Assembly (NCBI GenBank): GCA_037128175.1
Contig: JBAXWY010000028.1
Coordinates: forward strand, 1 to 36,336
Origin: Methanothrix sp.
GTDB lineage: Archaea > Halobacteriota > Methanosarcinia > Methanotrichales > Methanotrichaceae
Direction: 5' to 3'
DNA length: 36,336 nucleotides
A program made the position numbers and the translations under genes. Within the stretch, counting starts at the first letter, position 1. The number at the start of each line of letters is the position of its first letter. Of this stretch, positions 8,017-18,232 are shown piece after piece. The notes under the pieces were generated by a model that was not told where the DNA came from, searched no databases, and was given only the letters and a program-made list of their open reading frames with translations.

Positions 8017-11000
8017 TTACTCGACAATATCCTCGTCCGGCGAGAGTTCAATGGTGATTCCCTCGTCCGGCGAGGTCATGTTCCAGTCGGGAGTCTGCCA
8101 GCCACCGTACCTGGTGGTCTTGGGCGCCACCCCGCTGCTCCACACCTCAACTCTGGCCGCAGCATCGGCTGTGTCATAACCGGCTGCATCCACGGCAGTT
8201 GCATCCAGATGCACAGAGTTGACATAACTGTCATCCATGGTTGCCCGGGCCAGGTATTGGATAGTTGCCACACCACCTGGCTGCAGGTCGGGGACAATCC
8301 ATTGCAGGAACTGGCCCTCCTGGCGGCTCGGTTCGGGTGAGGCGCTCAGGAATGTCAGGCCGGCTGGCAGCATGTCGGTCAACGTGGCGGCCAAGGTGCT
8401 GTCGGCATTATTGCGCACTTCGATGGTGAAATGGACCAGCGTGGGATCGGTGGCATCGAGCACTGCCCTCTTGTCCAGCCTAACCTCGGACAGGCAGCAG
8501 GGCAGCCCGGCGGATTCTAATGCCGCATAAGCCGCTCCTGATACGCAGGCGTCTTTGTTCATGCCGCAAACCATGACGCGGTTGACAATGTTGCCGGGCG
8601 CGTACTCGGTCAAGTTCAGTTCCAGTTCTATCTCAATGGTGTTCCCTATACCGAGATGAACTAAAGTCCAGTTCGCATCGGTCTTGGAGATGCTTGCAGG
8701 CCTGATGGACGAGCCTATGTACTCCGTGCCTGGCGGGAAGATGTCCCGGACATTTATGGGTGCCAGAGCCACGTTTCCGTCATTGGTTATGGTTATGACG
8801 TACTTGGCTACCTGGGCATTGGTCTTGTTGAACCACCTGGTGGTCATGTTGCCTTCCTTCTTCACGGTTATGTGAGGTCGGTCGTATCTGGACACGCCGG
8901 TGAGAAGCACCTTCCGTCTGATGTCATATTGGCCTACATAGCGCTCCTCGTTATCGACCTTGGTTGCCTGGTTCTCGCCTATTGATTTTACCTCGAAGTC
9001 GGCCATGCCGCTGAAGCTGGCGTTGGTCTTCATCTCGTTGAGGCCGGATGCAATGGTCTCTTTCTTCAGGCTATCCAGCGAAGAGAATCTCTCGCTGATG
9101 TAGGAAGCTGGAGGCGAGCTGTTGCCAGTTTTTGTGACAGGAATGCCGCAGTTGCTGCTATCCTTGAATATATCGCCGCCAGCCAGGTAGCCGCTCCTGG
9201 ACCACATGCCTTCGCTCCATTTCATGTTCTGGCTGACGCCAAATCTCGGTGTGTAGTTGTAGCTGGTGGGGCCGTGGACAAGGGAGATGTCCTTGGCTAT
9301 GAAGTTGGATGGAGTATCGATGATCTCATCGCTCTGGTAGGAGCCGGTGCCCGACTCGTAAGTCCTCTGGCTGCCCTGCACGCGCTTGTTAACGTCCACG
9401 TAGCCGTAGCCAGTCACTGATTTGTTGGACCGGACGCTGCTGCCGTATTCATCCACATTCTCGAATACCCTGAAGCTGCCCACGTAGTCCTCGCCCGCTT
9501 CATAAACCGGCCTGGACCTGGGATGAGCATCTGGGCTTTGCTTCTTCAGAACTCCGATATGGCCGCTGCCCTCGAACTCGACCTCAGTCTTCATGGTCGA
9601 ACCGTTTTCGTCCAACTCGATGGACCGGTCCTTATCGATCTTGCTGGCAAAGGTGTACTCCTCGTTCATGGTAGCACCGGTTATTGTGTTGATGCCTTTG
9701 GACTTCTCAGTCCATTTGGTGACATAACCGATTGATCGGTCCTGAGGCAAAGCGAAGGTGGTTGGCTTATGTGTTGCAGAGAGGCTTGTGACTGATCTGA
9801 TGGACTTGTTCTCCGTGCGAATCCTTGTCAACTCCTCGCTCTCATAAGTGCCGCTGCCAAACTCGCGTCTCCTGAGTTCCGTTCCCGGATCGACTATGCT
9901 GCTAGATGCGCAGCTGGACATGGTCTCTACCAGATCGGCTTTGGCGTAGGCGCAGTTGGTTATGGAATCAGGACCCTGGTGAGTGTCATAGTCATTATGG
10001 ACGTTGACGAAACCAACTCCCTGGACTCCCTGAGACATGTCGTAATTGATATCAACTATCGGAACGCGCACCACCAGTTCCACGTAGAAGCACTGGCCGG
10101 GGTAAAGGGCGCCAATGTACCAGGTGAGATTGGTGGATGAAGGCGCGGGGTAGACCGAGACCAGCTCGACGCCTTTGGGTAGGACATCCCATAGGGTGAC
10201 ATTGGTGAAGGAAATCCCATCGGGACAGGGATTGCAGAGATTGATGGTGTAGTTGATGTCTTCACCCCTATGGACTGTGGGCTTGTCTGCGGTCTTGGTC
10301 AATATGAGATTGCAAGGTGCATCATTATAGAAGTCCAGATTCGGAACGCTCTCGCTGTATCCTAGAATTATATTGTAGCAACCATCGGTCTCAATCTGGG
10401 TGCCATCCTTAATGACCTGGGTCCATCCATCTTTTAGCTCTTCACAGACCGTGTATGAGTCGGCGGGCAGGCCGCAGACCTGCCAGTAGCCTGTGTCATT
10501 GGTAACGGTAGTCAATTGGTCCGTGACGTTACTGACCACGATGGTCCAACCAGCCAGACCCTTGCCGGTGCTGTTCTCGAAATTGTGGCCGGAGATGCAA
10601 ATATTCTTCGATTCCACGCTTGCCGTGGTGCTGGAGTTGACTTCATCGCCGTGCTCGGGCTTGGCCTTCACATCCACGCGGTTGGTCAATGTGCCGTAGA
10701 CTGATCCGTCGATTGTAGCTTTAATCCAGAGAGTGTGGGATGCGCCGTCGGCCAGCGGGCCGACGTCGGTCCAGTTGATGTACTTGCCGCTGCTCACCCC
10801 TCCAGCAGAAGAGTCGTAGGCGAGGCCAGCCGGCAATTTGTCGCTCACGAAGACATGCGGTAGCATGGCTTCGCCATTGTTGGTCACAGTCAAGGTGAAG
10901 TCGATCAGGGCTCCTGTGAGACCAAATGCTGGATCAGCTGTTTTGGTGACTGAGATCTTGGCTTCCTGGGCCTGAACAGAAGCTGTGGCATAATCGGTGA

Positions 11001-12162
11001 CAATCCCTCCATTTGCGGGCCTGGCCTCCACATCCACGCGGTTGGTCAGAGTCTGGACGCCTGAGACCGGGCCGTCGATGCGGGCCACGATTTGAAGCGA
11101 CTTGCTAGCCCCTGAACTAAAGGGGCCGATGTCGCTCCAGTAAACGTTCTGGCCGCTGTGAGTGCCGCCAGATGAAGATGCGATGTAGCTCATGCCAACC
11201 GGCAGAAGATCGCTGACGAAGACATGAGGCAGCGAAGAGCTGCCGCTATTGATAACGTTCAAGGTGAAGGTTACCGGAGTGCCCTCTGAACCAAATGCTG
11301 GATCAGCTGTTTTGGTGACTGAGATCTTGGCTTCCTGGGCCTGAACAGAAGCTGTGGCATAATCGGTGACAATCCCTCCATTTGCGGGCCTGGCTTCCAC
11401 ATCCACGCGGTTGGTCAGAGTCTGGACGCCTAAGACCGAGCCGTCGATGCGGGCCACCATCATAAGCCACTTTCTGTCTCCTGAAAGCAAGGGGCCGATG
11501 TCGCTCCAGACAACGGTCTGGCCGCTGGGAGTGCCGCCAGATGAAGATGCGATGTAGCTCATGCCAGCCGGCAGAAGATCGCTGACGAAGACATGAGGCA
11601 GGTCAGAGCTGCCGCTATTGATAACGTTCAAGGTGAAGGTAACATCCGTACCTGGCGAGCCGACTGTAGGATAGGCTGTTTTGATGACTGAGATCTTGGC
11701 TTCCTGGGCCTGAACAGAAGCTGTGGCATAATCGGTGACAATCCCTCCATTTGCGGGCCTGGCCTCCACATCCACGCGGTTGGTCAGAGTCTGGACGCCT
11801 GAGACCGGGCCGTCGATGCGGGCCACGATTTGAAGCGACTTGCTAGCCCCTGAACTAAAGGGGCCGATGTCGCTCCAGTAAACGTTCTGGCCGCTGTGAG
11901 TGCCGCCAGATGAAGATGCGATGTAGCTCATGCCAACCGGCAGAAGATCGCTGACGAAGACATGAGGCAGCGAAGAGCTGCCGCTATTGATAACGTTCAA
12001 GGTGAAGGTTACCGAAGTGCCCTCTGAACCAAATGCTGGATCAGCTGTTTTGGTGACTGATATCTTTGCTTCCTGGGCCTGAACAGAACAGTTCACGAGC
12101 AGCAGAATGAGAATGAATAGACCTTTCAGTAAGGTCCCCTGTTTATGATGATCATAAGCCAT
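8017..12162 (-). CDS. Large secreted/surface protein with multiple DUF11 domains and an SdrD-B/Cna-like domain
   Basis: Signal peptide; repeated VTKTA...FTLNVINSG...VSDLLP; GLAGWTI...TNDTGYW. Confidence 0.9.
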   Translation of the reverse strand: MAYDHHKQGTLLKGLFILILLLVNCSVQAQEAKISVTKTADPAFGSEGTSVTFTLNVINSGSSSLPHVFVSDLLPVGMSYIASSSGGTHSGQNVYWSDIGPFSSGASKSLQIVARIDGPVSGVQTLTNRVDVEARPANGGIVTDYATASVQAQEAKISVIKTAYPTVGSPGTDVTFTLNVINSGSSDLPHVFVSDLLPAGMSYIASSSGGTPSGQTVVWSDIGPLLSGDRKWLMMVARIDGSVLGVQTLTNRVDVEARPANGGIVTDYATASVQAQEAKISVTKTADPAFGSEGTPVTFTLNVINSGSSSLPHVFVSDLLPVGMSYIASSSGGTHSGQNVYWSDIGPFSSGASKSLQIVARIDGPVSGVQTLTNRVDVEARPANGGIVTDYATASVQAQEAKISVTKTADPAFGLTGALIDFTLTVTNNGEAMLPHVFVSDKLPAGLAYDSSAGGVSSGKYINWTDVGPLADGASHTLWIKATIDGSVYGTLTNRVDVKAKPEHGDEVNSSTTASVESKNICISGHNFENSTGKGLAGWTIVVSNVTDQLTTVTNDTGYWQVCGLPADSYTVCEELKDGWTQVIKDGTQIETDGCYNIILGYSESVPNLDFYNDAPCNLILTKTADKPTVHRGEDINYTINLCNPCPDGISFTNVTLWDVLPKGVELVSVYPAPSSTNLTWYIGALYPGQCFYVELVVRVPIVDINYDMSQGVQGVGFVNVHNDYDTHQGPDSITNCAYAKADLVETMSSCASSSIVDPGTELRRREFGSGTYESEELTRIRTENKSIRSVTSLSATHKPTTFALPQDRSIGYVTKWTEKSKGINTITGATMNEEYTFASKIDKDRSIELDENGSTMKTEVEFEGSGHIGVLKKQSPDAHPRSRPVYEAGEDYVGSFRVFENVDEYGSSVRSNKSVTGYGYVDVNKRVQGSQRTYESGTGSYQSDEIIDTPSNFIAKDISLVHGPTSYNYTPRFGVSQNMKWSEGMWSRSGYLAGGDIFKDSSNCGIPVTKTGNSSPPASYISERFSSLDSLKKETIASGLNEMKTNASFSGMADFEVKSIGENQATKVDNEERYVGQYDIRRKVLLTGVSRYDRPHITVKKEGNMTTRWFNKTNAQVAKYVITITNDGNVALAPINVRDIFPPGTEYIGSSIRPASISKTDANWTLVHLGIGNTIEIELELNLTEYAPGNIVNRVMVCGMNKDACVSGAAYAALESAGLPCCLSEVRLDKRAVLDATDPTLVHFTIEVRNNADSTLAATLTDMLPAGLTFLSASPEPSRQEGQFLQWIVPDLQPGGVATIQYLARATMDDSYVNSVHLDATAVDAAGYDTADAAARVEVWSSGVAPKTTRYGGWQTPDWNMTSPDEGITIELSPDEDIVE
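10963..12087 (-). repeat. Three 369-bp tandem DUF11-coding repeats
   Basis: TTCCTGGGCCTGAACAGAA at 10963, 11332, 11701 and 12070; units 1 and 3 nearly identical. Confidence 0.92.
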
Positions 12163-13441
12163 AATCTCTCTCCAACCATTGGATCTGTCAGATTATTTTT
12201 TGTGATTTGAGGAGAAGTATTTGGCAGATATAGCACTATCGATGATTGGGAATGCTGCCGGGCATCTCCGGCGAATAATCACATATTGAAGCAGTGTAGG
12301 ATAGGAGACGAGCGCGTCACCATAGCCCCACGCTTCTGAAGCATTCAATTGCTGGGCCAAAAATGCAACGCTATAACAGCGATAATTAACCTCATAATAT
12401 ACCTCTCTAGCATAGCTCCAGTCAGCAGCCAAGCCTTCTTTTCAAATTTATGCTGAAATACAGGTGAAAGACCAGTATTCTTCAAAAAATATTTCATAAT
12501 GAAATAGCCAGCTTCAAGTAGTATGTATAACTCGCAAACAATAATTTACTATTAGATATCCATTAATTGACAGGATATTATTATAAGAATGTTTTCTGGA
12601 CTCAAACCCTCCTTATGGTGCGCTACGTAAAAGGCCCTTGCAAGAACCGTTATCTGTAACCTGAATAGACCGATATGAGGAGATCGAACAAGTAGAATTG
12701 TGCTCTATTCTGTAGTGTGTGGAATGAGGACTTAGCCCAAAGAGCTTTTGAGCTGTTTTCATCATGCCGTGCTGGTTGTACAAGCCGGTGCGTACAAATT
12801 GCAATAGTTCTATTGCATTTTCATAAAATCTTTTAAAAATGCCATAGAACTATTTCAGAAGAGCAGGACAGCGAGCACATAAAATCGATTATGCGAATGA
12901 TATAAATGGGAGCTGCGGGCCTGGCCAGTCATCAAGCCCCATAACTCCGACTTAATTGCCTCTCTCCTCCTAATGGCTGGCGTTCTGGAAAGAATGAAGG
13001 ACGAGTCAGGCTATAAGTCTTTGGGAAGCTGAGAATGGATGAAACCGGATGCTGTAGGATCTCACGAAATATGGATAAGAGGGAGGGAGGCAAAAGTCAA
13101 TTTGATGTAGGAGGGAAAAATAGCCATCGACTTTCGCCAATACACTATACGTCAATTGCCGAGATAAAAGGCTTTCGCTTCAAGTTAGAAAAGACCCTTC
13201 TCCACCAAGAAGAAATAACCAAAGAGAATAAGATATCAAGTCCCAGGCGGGCCAGCGCCGATCCACAGCGCCCTTTTAGAAGGAGCCAATCACCGCGAAG
13301 TGATGGTCTGACCCTGCCCGAAGCTCGACTTTAAGCCTGGCTCGAAGGTAGCATATGCGCTGGAATTTCACACAGCGTCCGAATTACCGGAACCCTTTTC
13401 ATGGGGCCTCTTGCCCGCCCTCTCGTCTTTGGCTTGATTTG

Positions 13442-13730
13442 TGCCGCTTCATGCCCCGACCGTGTATTAGCGTGAGATTCGGCGGATTACTGCGCCAGTT
13501 ACAGCGCGCAACTTTTTCAGCCCACCGAAATATCAGCCTCACAGGCTCGTAGCCAAATGCAGTGCCACGACGGCATGCATCTCCTGTACCAAGGGATCAA
13601 GACCATCCAGCCTTTAGGAGCTGGCGGCATGTTGCTCCATGGTGAAGCAAACACCCTTGTCATCAGAGCATCATCAGATACGTTAAGCCCACGGCACGCC
13701 CGCCACCCTATTCAATGGCATGAAGCGGCA
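13442..13730. other. 289-bp segment bounded by a 14-bp perfect inverted repeat
   Basis: TGCCGCTTCATGCC (13442-13455) and GGCATGAAGCGGCA (13717-13730). Confidence 0.5.
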
Positions 13731-13828
13731 AACTATGTATATAATCATTATAGATATTTGTAGTTGGCGGTCGAGAGCCGCCTGGACTGGAAAATAGATC
13801 AATAATTGAGCCGGACTGGCGTCCGGGC

Positions 13829-14236
13829 TCAAGCGGTAATCTTGGTCTTGGCGATGTACTTGATAAGCTCCGAGCCGATCCTGGCCTTCTTCTGAATCTG
13901 ATCGGCCACATCATCCGCGGATGCGCCGCTTGCTGCCAGGGAGCGAATCTCCTCAAGCGTGCTGTCTTCCACGGTGAAGTACTCATCTAGGTCTTTTCTG
14001 TGGCCCCACACGTCGCCTTCCAGCATCTCAATGCCCTGCATGTCCAGGAATACCTGGATGGCACTGGACATGGTCTTGCGGTAGGATGGCGGGACCTGAA
14101 TCATTCTCAGCCTGGGGCATCTCTGCATCAGGTTAAGGAAATCTACATTGCTGGCCCTGAAGGCCAGGTGAACTGTCTTCTCATTTGGATTCAAATTGGG
14201 GATCTCATTTCTGGCGCTGATTACTCTAAGTCTCAT
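13829..14236 (-). CDS. DUF1699 family protein
   Basis: MRLRVISARNEIPNLNPNEKTVHLAFRASN...GDVWGHRKDLDEY; start set by alignment with 16900..17307. Confidence 0.92.
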   Translation of the reverse strand: MRLRVISARNEIPNLNPNEKTVHLAFRASNVDFLNLMQRCPRLRMIQVPPSYRKTMSSAIQVFLDMQGIEMLEGDVWGHRKDLDEYFTVEDSTLEEIRSLAASGASADDVADQIQKKARIGSELIKYIAKTKITA

Positions 14237-14270
14237 TTTAGCACTCCAGACCCTAAGATGCATTCCCTAA

Positions 14271-14285
14271 TATTAATAGACACTT
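14271..14285 (-). promoter_or_regulatory. Conserved promoter motif of DUF1699 copy 1
   Basis: TATTAATAGACACTT (plus strand), identical to 17342-17356 and at the same offset from the ATG. Confidence 0.65.
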
Positions 14286-14365
14286 CCGAGTAATATCATC
14301 ATTAAAAATCTGGATTTAGCACTGCGCTGGAGCGAGGAGATTTATACCCTCTTCAATAATCTGAG

Positions 14366-14557
14366 ATGGGAGAATGGGTAAAATTAGCTAAGAAAGCGAA
14401 GCATAGCGATGCCGTCATGACCTGCATTCTCGTTACCAGGTTCAAAATGGGCCAAATCAACGTCGAGGACCTGGAGCAGATGACGGCAGACGAGTCCAGG
14501 GCGGAGAGGTGCTCGGCAGCGAAAAAGGTGCTGGTGGCGGTGAGATATTCAGCCTGA
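14366..14557 (+). CDS. Small hypothetical protein
   Basis: 63-aa helical ORF divergent from DUF1699; 3' part duplicated at 15154. Confidence 0.6.
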   Translation: MGEWVKLAKKAKHSDAVMTCILVTRFKMGQINVEDLEQMTADESRAERCSAAKKVLVAVRYSA

Positions 14558-14602
14558 TCCCAACCATTATGCCACTGCATTATGAAAAAAAATGGCTATA
14601 TT

Positions 14603-14941
14603 CTAGGCATAAGATGAATTCGTAAGTAAGGTCACGTTCTGCATCGTGATGACGTTCAAGGTCACATTCTGAATTATGAAAACATTCGTGGCCGCATTCA
14701 TCATTTCTTTAGTCCTGTTCATTGGCATATCCATAGGCATCGACATTGGCATGCTCATACTCATAGGCATTGACATTGGCATATTCATAGACATAGTCTT
14801 GTTAACCGGCATTGTCATGTTATCTGACATAGTCTTGTTATCTGGCATTGCCATGTTCTCTTTCGCAGCCAAGGCCACGCCAAAAGAGAGCGTCAAGAGA
14901 ATGGATGCGAGCATTATTCCAATAAATATGTTGCTTTTCAT
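14603..14941 (-). CDS. Secreted Met/Pro-rich protein
   Basis: Signal peptide ending ALA; MPMSMPMSMSMPMSMPMDMPM tract; GAGG RBS. Confidence 0.75.
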   Translation of the reverse strand: MKSNIFIGIMLASILLTLSFGVALAAKENMAMPDNKTMSDNMTMPVNKTMSMNMPMSMPMSMSMPMSMPMDMPMNRTKEMMNAATNVFIIQNVTLNVITMQNVTLLTNSSYA

Positions 14942-15153
14942 TTTTCTTCCTCTGATTTTTCTTTACGAGTTGATTAGCCAAATGTCTTTCGGTCAAGGTT
15001 TTCGGTTTAGGCTGGAAAAGATTACTTTCACAGCAAAGAAATAATCAAGAGAGATATCGAGACGTTGGCGGGCCGGCGTCCTTGGTAAGGTGGAGCCTGA
15101 TAGCCAGACCTCGCCCGATGTTCGACTTTAAGCCTGGCTTGGAGGCGGATATC

Positions 15154-15193
15154 TCCAGGGCGGAGAGGTGCTCGGCAGCGAAAAAGGTGCTGG
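15154..15193 (+). repeat. 40-bp exact direct repeat of 14495-14534
   Basis: TCCAGGGCGGAGAGGTGCTCGGCAGCGAAAAAGGTGCTGG in both places. Confidence 0.9.
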
Positions 15194-15278
15194 AGACGGT
15201 GAGGGACCAGCCTGATCACTGCCGTCGATAATGCAGTTCTCCTCATTTTTCTTGGTGGCTTCTCGATTGCATTTGTCT

Positions 15279-15911
15279 CTATAATGTTGGGATACGGTGC
15301 GTGAGTTCGCCCCATTCGCTACCGATGGCCGTTTTGATGAGTTCTTTTACTCCCGCGAAGGTAGGCGCAGGCATCACCATCTGCCAGATGCGGATCATGT
15401 TATCTCTATCGTCGTTTCCTATCAGCGGGAACATCCATGCCACCAATTCGGGGAACCGCTCCTTAGGAACAGTGCTGGACATGATACCAATCGCCTTCCC
15501 TTGGTCAGGCAGGGTGACTCGTTCCTTGAAAATCCGGTAGAGGTGTGTATCTTCCTTGTCCAGATGGATATTGAGATGAAAACGGAATGCAGCAGTGGCC
15601 CGTGCCGTTAGCAGAAGGTCGCGTGCAGAATATGATTTATTCAATGTGTCATATGCAAAATCCAAACCACGGTGGTCTTTTACATAGGCTTCTGCAACCA
15701 GGGGGGCAACATTATCGAGCAGGGGGAAGATAGCTAACTCTTCTCCGTGGGCATGCCAGACCAATACTTCGTTGAAGAACCGGAAACGTTCGATGGTGGC
15801 GCCAAGCCCCTCCTTTCCCCTTGCAGAGTCTAACGCGGCAGAATCGATACGTTCCAAATCATTCCTGAACGCATTGTGAATCGCCCTTATTGCATCGACA
15901 GGTTCAACCAT
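15279..15911 (-). CDS. Hemerythrin (HHE) domain protein
   Basis: IHNAFR...HAHGEE...DH...HLDKED. Confidence 0.9.
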   Translation of the reverse strand: MVEPVDAIRAIHNAFRNDLERIDSAALDSARGKEGLGATIERFRFFNEVLVWHAHGEELAIFPLLDNVAPLVAEAYVKDHRGLDFAYDTLNKSYSARDLLLTARATAAFRFHLNIHLDKEDTHLYRIFKERVTLPDQGKAIGIMSSTVPKERFPELVAWMFPLIGNDDRDNMIRIWQMVMPAPTFAGVKELIKTAIGSEWGELTHRIPTL

Positions 15912-16211
15912 GACTATTTACTCATGCGATTTTCGTATTAAGATATTTCTGTTACAGGCAACTACTCAGGCATCCTAATCGGACAATAGCTCGTGTCCAC
16001 AAAACACCCATTTACGAGTGCATCAAGCTGGGATCCGGGCCAAGGCGGCTCGCGGGCCGGGCGATGAAGCAGGCAACATCCAGGCCCGGCTGCGGGAGAT
16101 ACGCGAGACTGGGCGGACCTGATGACTGGCAGAAATCCTAGCGGGCCGGGGTGAGGTTGCCCAGCACCTTTCTACGTTAGGCAAAATTTATAATAGATTA
16201 TAGGCTTACAA

Positions 16212-16631
16212 ATGTGTATGAAACATATTTGGTGTTTTGCACTGCTGGCCATGGTCTTTTTGGCCACGGGGATCTGTACGGCAGAAGTTCCTGACCTGCT
16301 CGGGATTTGGACCGGCTCGTGGAGTTCATATGATGAAGGGATAGGCCACTCCAATTCGACGGAAAACGTTAGCATCATTTTTGCTTTCATCGAGCAGGAT
16401 GACCGTCTCTTCGCAGGAAATATAACAATCAAGCAGGAGAACGAGACAGAGATTGGTGAAGGATTTGCCGGAGCCATTGGTTTGGATAATAAAACGCTCT
16501 ATATTGCCGAGTTTGATAAGGGCTATAGCCTGGGGACGATTATTTCCAACGATGAGATGGAGCTGATATATCTCGCGGATGGAGAAAATGCCTCGGTGGC
16601 CATTGATAGGCTTCATCGGATAAGAGCATAA
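16212..16631 (+). CDS. Secreted beta-rich hypothetical protein
   Basis: Signal peptide followed by VPDLLGIWTG. Confidence 0.75.
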   Translation: MCMKHIWCFALLAMVFLATGICTAEVPDLLGIWTGSWSSYDEGIGHSNSTENVSIIFAFIEQDDRLFAGNITIKQENETEIGEGFAGAIGLDNKTLYIAEFDKGYSLGTIISNDEMELIYLADGENASVAIDRLHRIRA

Positions 16632-16648
16632 ATTTGGCCGGTGATTTT

Positions 16649-16842
16649 ATGGCGAGTGAGATTCAAGCAAATTGGGGAAATCCCATAGAATAGGAATAAG
16701 GCTTGTGTCGCTCATTATTGACAACATCGTCATCGGCATCATTATTGGAGCAGTCGGAAGTATTATCTGCTTTGGTATGATGACGCAGAAAATGGTCCCC
16801 TGGTGGATTGGCTTACTTAAGACAATTGTCGTAAAGGCCTGA
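16649..16842 (+). pseudogene. RDD-family membrane protein remnant
   Basis: GGTGA RBS and ATG, frameshift, then IGIRLVSLIIDNIVIG joined to terminal KTIVVKA*. Confidence 0.55.
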
Positions 16843-16899
16843 TAAATAAAGGAGAAAAGGCAGAGCCGGACTATTTTGCCCGTCTCTGAATGCCCGGCT

Positions 16900-17307
16900 T
16901 TAAGCGGTGATCTTGCTCTTGGCGATGTACTTGATGAGGTCCGGACCGAGTCTGGCCCTCTTCTGAACCTGGCTGGCCAGATCCTCTATGGCGGTGCCGC
17001 TGGCCACCAGGGAGCTGATCTCCACTAAGGTGCTGTCATCCACGGTGAAGTACTCGTCCAGATCCTTTCTGTGGCCCCAAACATCTCCTTCCAATAGCTC
17101 AATGCCCTGCATGTTCAGGAATACCTGGATGGCATTGGACATGGTCTTGTGGTAGGACGGGGGTACCTGAATCATTCGCAACCTGGGGCATCTTTGCATC
17201 AAGCTGAGGAAGTCTACATTGCTGGCGCGAAAAGCCAGGTGAACCATCTTCTCATTGGGATTGAGATTTGGAATCTCATTTTTTGAGCTAACTACTCTAA
17301 GTCTCAT
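16900..17307 (-). CDS. DUF1699 family protein
   Basis: Close paralog of 13829..14236; GGAG RBS. Confidence 0.92.
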   Translation of the reverse strand: MRLRVVSSKNEIPNLNPNEKMVHLAFRASNVDFLSLMQRCPRLRMIQVPPSYHKTMSNAIQVFLNMQGIELLEGDVWGHRKDLDEYFTVDDSTLVEISSLVASGTAIEDLASQVQKRARLGPDLIKYIAKSKITA

Positions 17308-17341
17308 TTGATTCTCCTATTTACTAAAGAATATTCCCTTG

Positions 17342-17356
17342 TATTAATAGACACTT
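17342..17356 (-). promoter_or_regulatory. Conserved promoter motif of DUF1699 copy 2
   Basis: Identical 15-mer to 14271-14285. Confidence 0.65.
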
Positions 17357-17741
17357 TAGGTGGACACATGTGCACAGAAAGATATCTAAGGGCGATACAC
17401 ATTTTAACAAGATAATCCTCTGGCCGTTTGAGGTACTAAATTTGAAAAAAATGATATGATATTAGAATAATACATGACATATATCTTAAGCTAATTACGA
17501 GAGACACAACATAGATGGGACTTCCGATTTGCCTTCAATTTTTAAAAGAAAGCCTGAAGGTAGTATTATTAATAGTTGTCGCTAATTCAGAAGAACTATC
17601 GGCAATATTAGACTCTAAATAGCTATCAAAAATTGGTAAGTATTTCCCGGTTACTGCCTTTTTGGCGGGAATGTTTGCTGCCAACTTGCGGCATATTGAG
17701 GTACAGTAAGCGGGATAATCAATAGCAGTGTAGATCGTAGA

Positions 17742-18188
17742 TTAGAGTCGGTTCTTCAAAGTGAGCAGATAAAGCTGCATTTTTTCATCCCAGGCTCTTT
17801 CTGCAGCAAGACCGCAGATCTCGAATAATACCGCTTCCACAATCAGGTAGACTTCAGCTTTATCTCGAATGCAGCCCAAGATGGACTGCCGTCCTCGTCC
17901 CAATGCAGAATGTATGTGCAGCTTAGGCCCCTCGACAGATGGGTAAATTGTAGCCATGCCGAAGACCTCCCAGGCACTCTCATAGGCTTCAAAATTGGGC
18001 GTGGGAGGAACTATCGGCAGCATGGGACCGGTCACTGCCCGGCCATCACGTAGTGCCCCCATGAAAAGTGCCGTGCAAGACTTGATCTTCTTCTCCTGCA
18101 GGAACTTTTGCAGCGATTCAATTAGATCTTCGCCATGGTCCATTCTCAGGACGAATACCCTGCCCAAACTGCCCTCGGAATATTGCAT
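17742..18188 (-). CDS. PPC/DUF296 domain protein
   Basis: GRVFVLRMDHGEDL, LHIHSALG. Confidence 0.9.
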   Translation of the reverse strand: MQYSEGSLGRVFVLRMDHGEDLIESLQKFLQEKKIKSCTALFMGALRDGRAVTGPMLPIVPPTPNFEAYESAWEVFGMATIYPSVEGPKLHIHSALGRGRQSILGCIRDKAEVYLIVEAVLFEICGLAAERAWDEKMQLYLLTLKNRL

Positions 18189-18232
18189 GGCAAGGAGTTT
18201 TGCTTATTCATTCTTATTATTTTCCATCCTTA

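Noticed and set aside
8017-12162. DUF11 repeats as a diversity-generating retroelement template/variable pair
   Set aside because: Differences are not adenine-specific and no reverse transcriptase is present in the window.
12193-12432. 79-aa ORF
   Set aside because: Possibly a frameshifted secreted-protein remnant (MRLIIAVIAL after a GAGGT RBS), but no family is recognisable.
13390-13530. Faint resemblance of the minus strand to the archaeal SRP RNA 5' end
   Set aside because: The conserved helix 8 motif is absent and the similarity is only a few short words.
16030-16160. GC-rich stretch as a fourth repeat copy or an RNA gene
   Set aside because: Only GGCTCGC and GGGCCGGGG words match; the core does not align.
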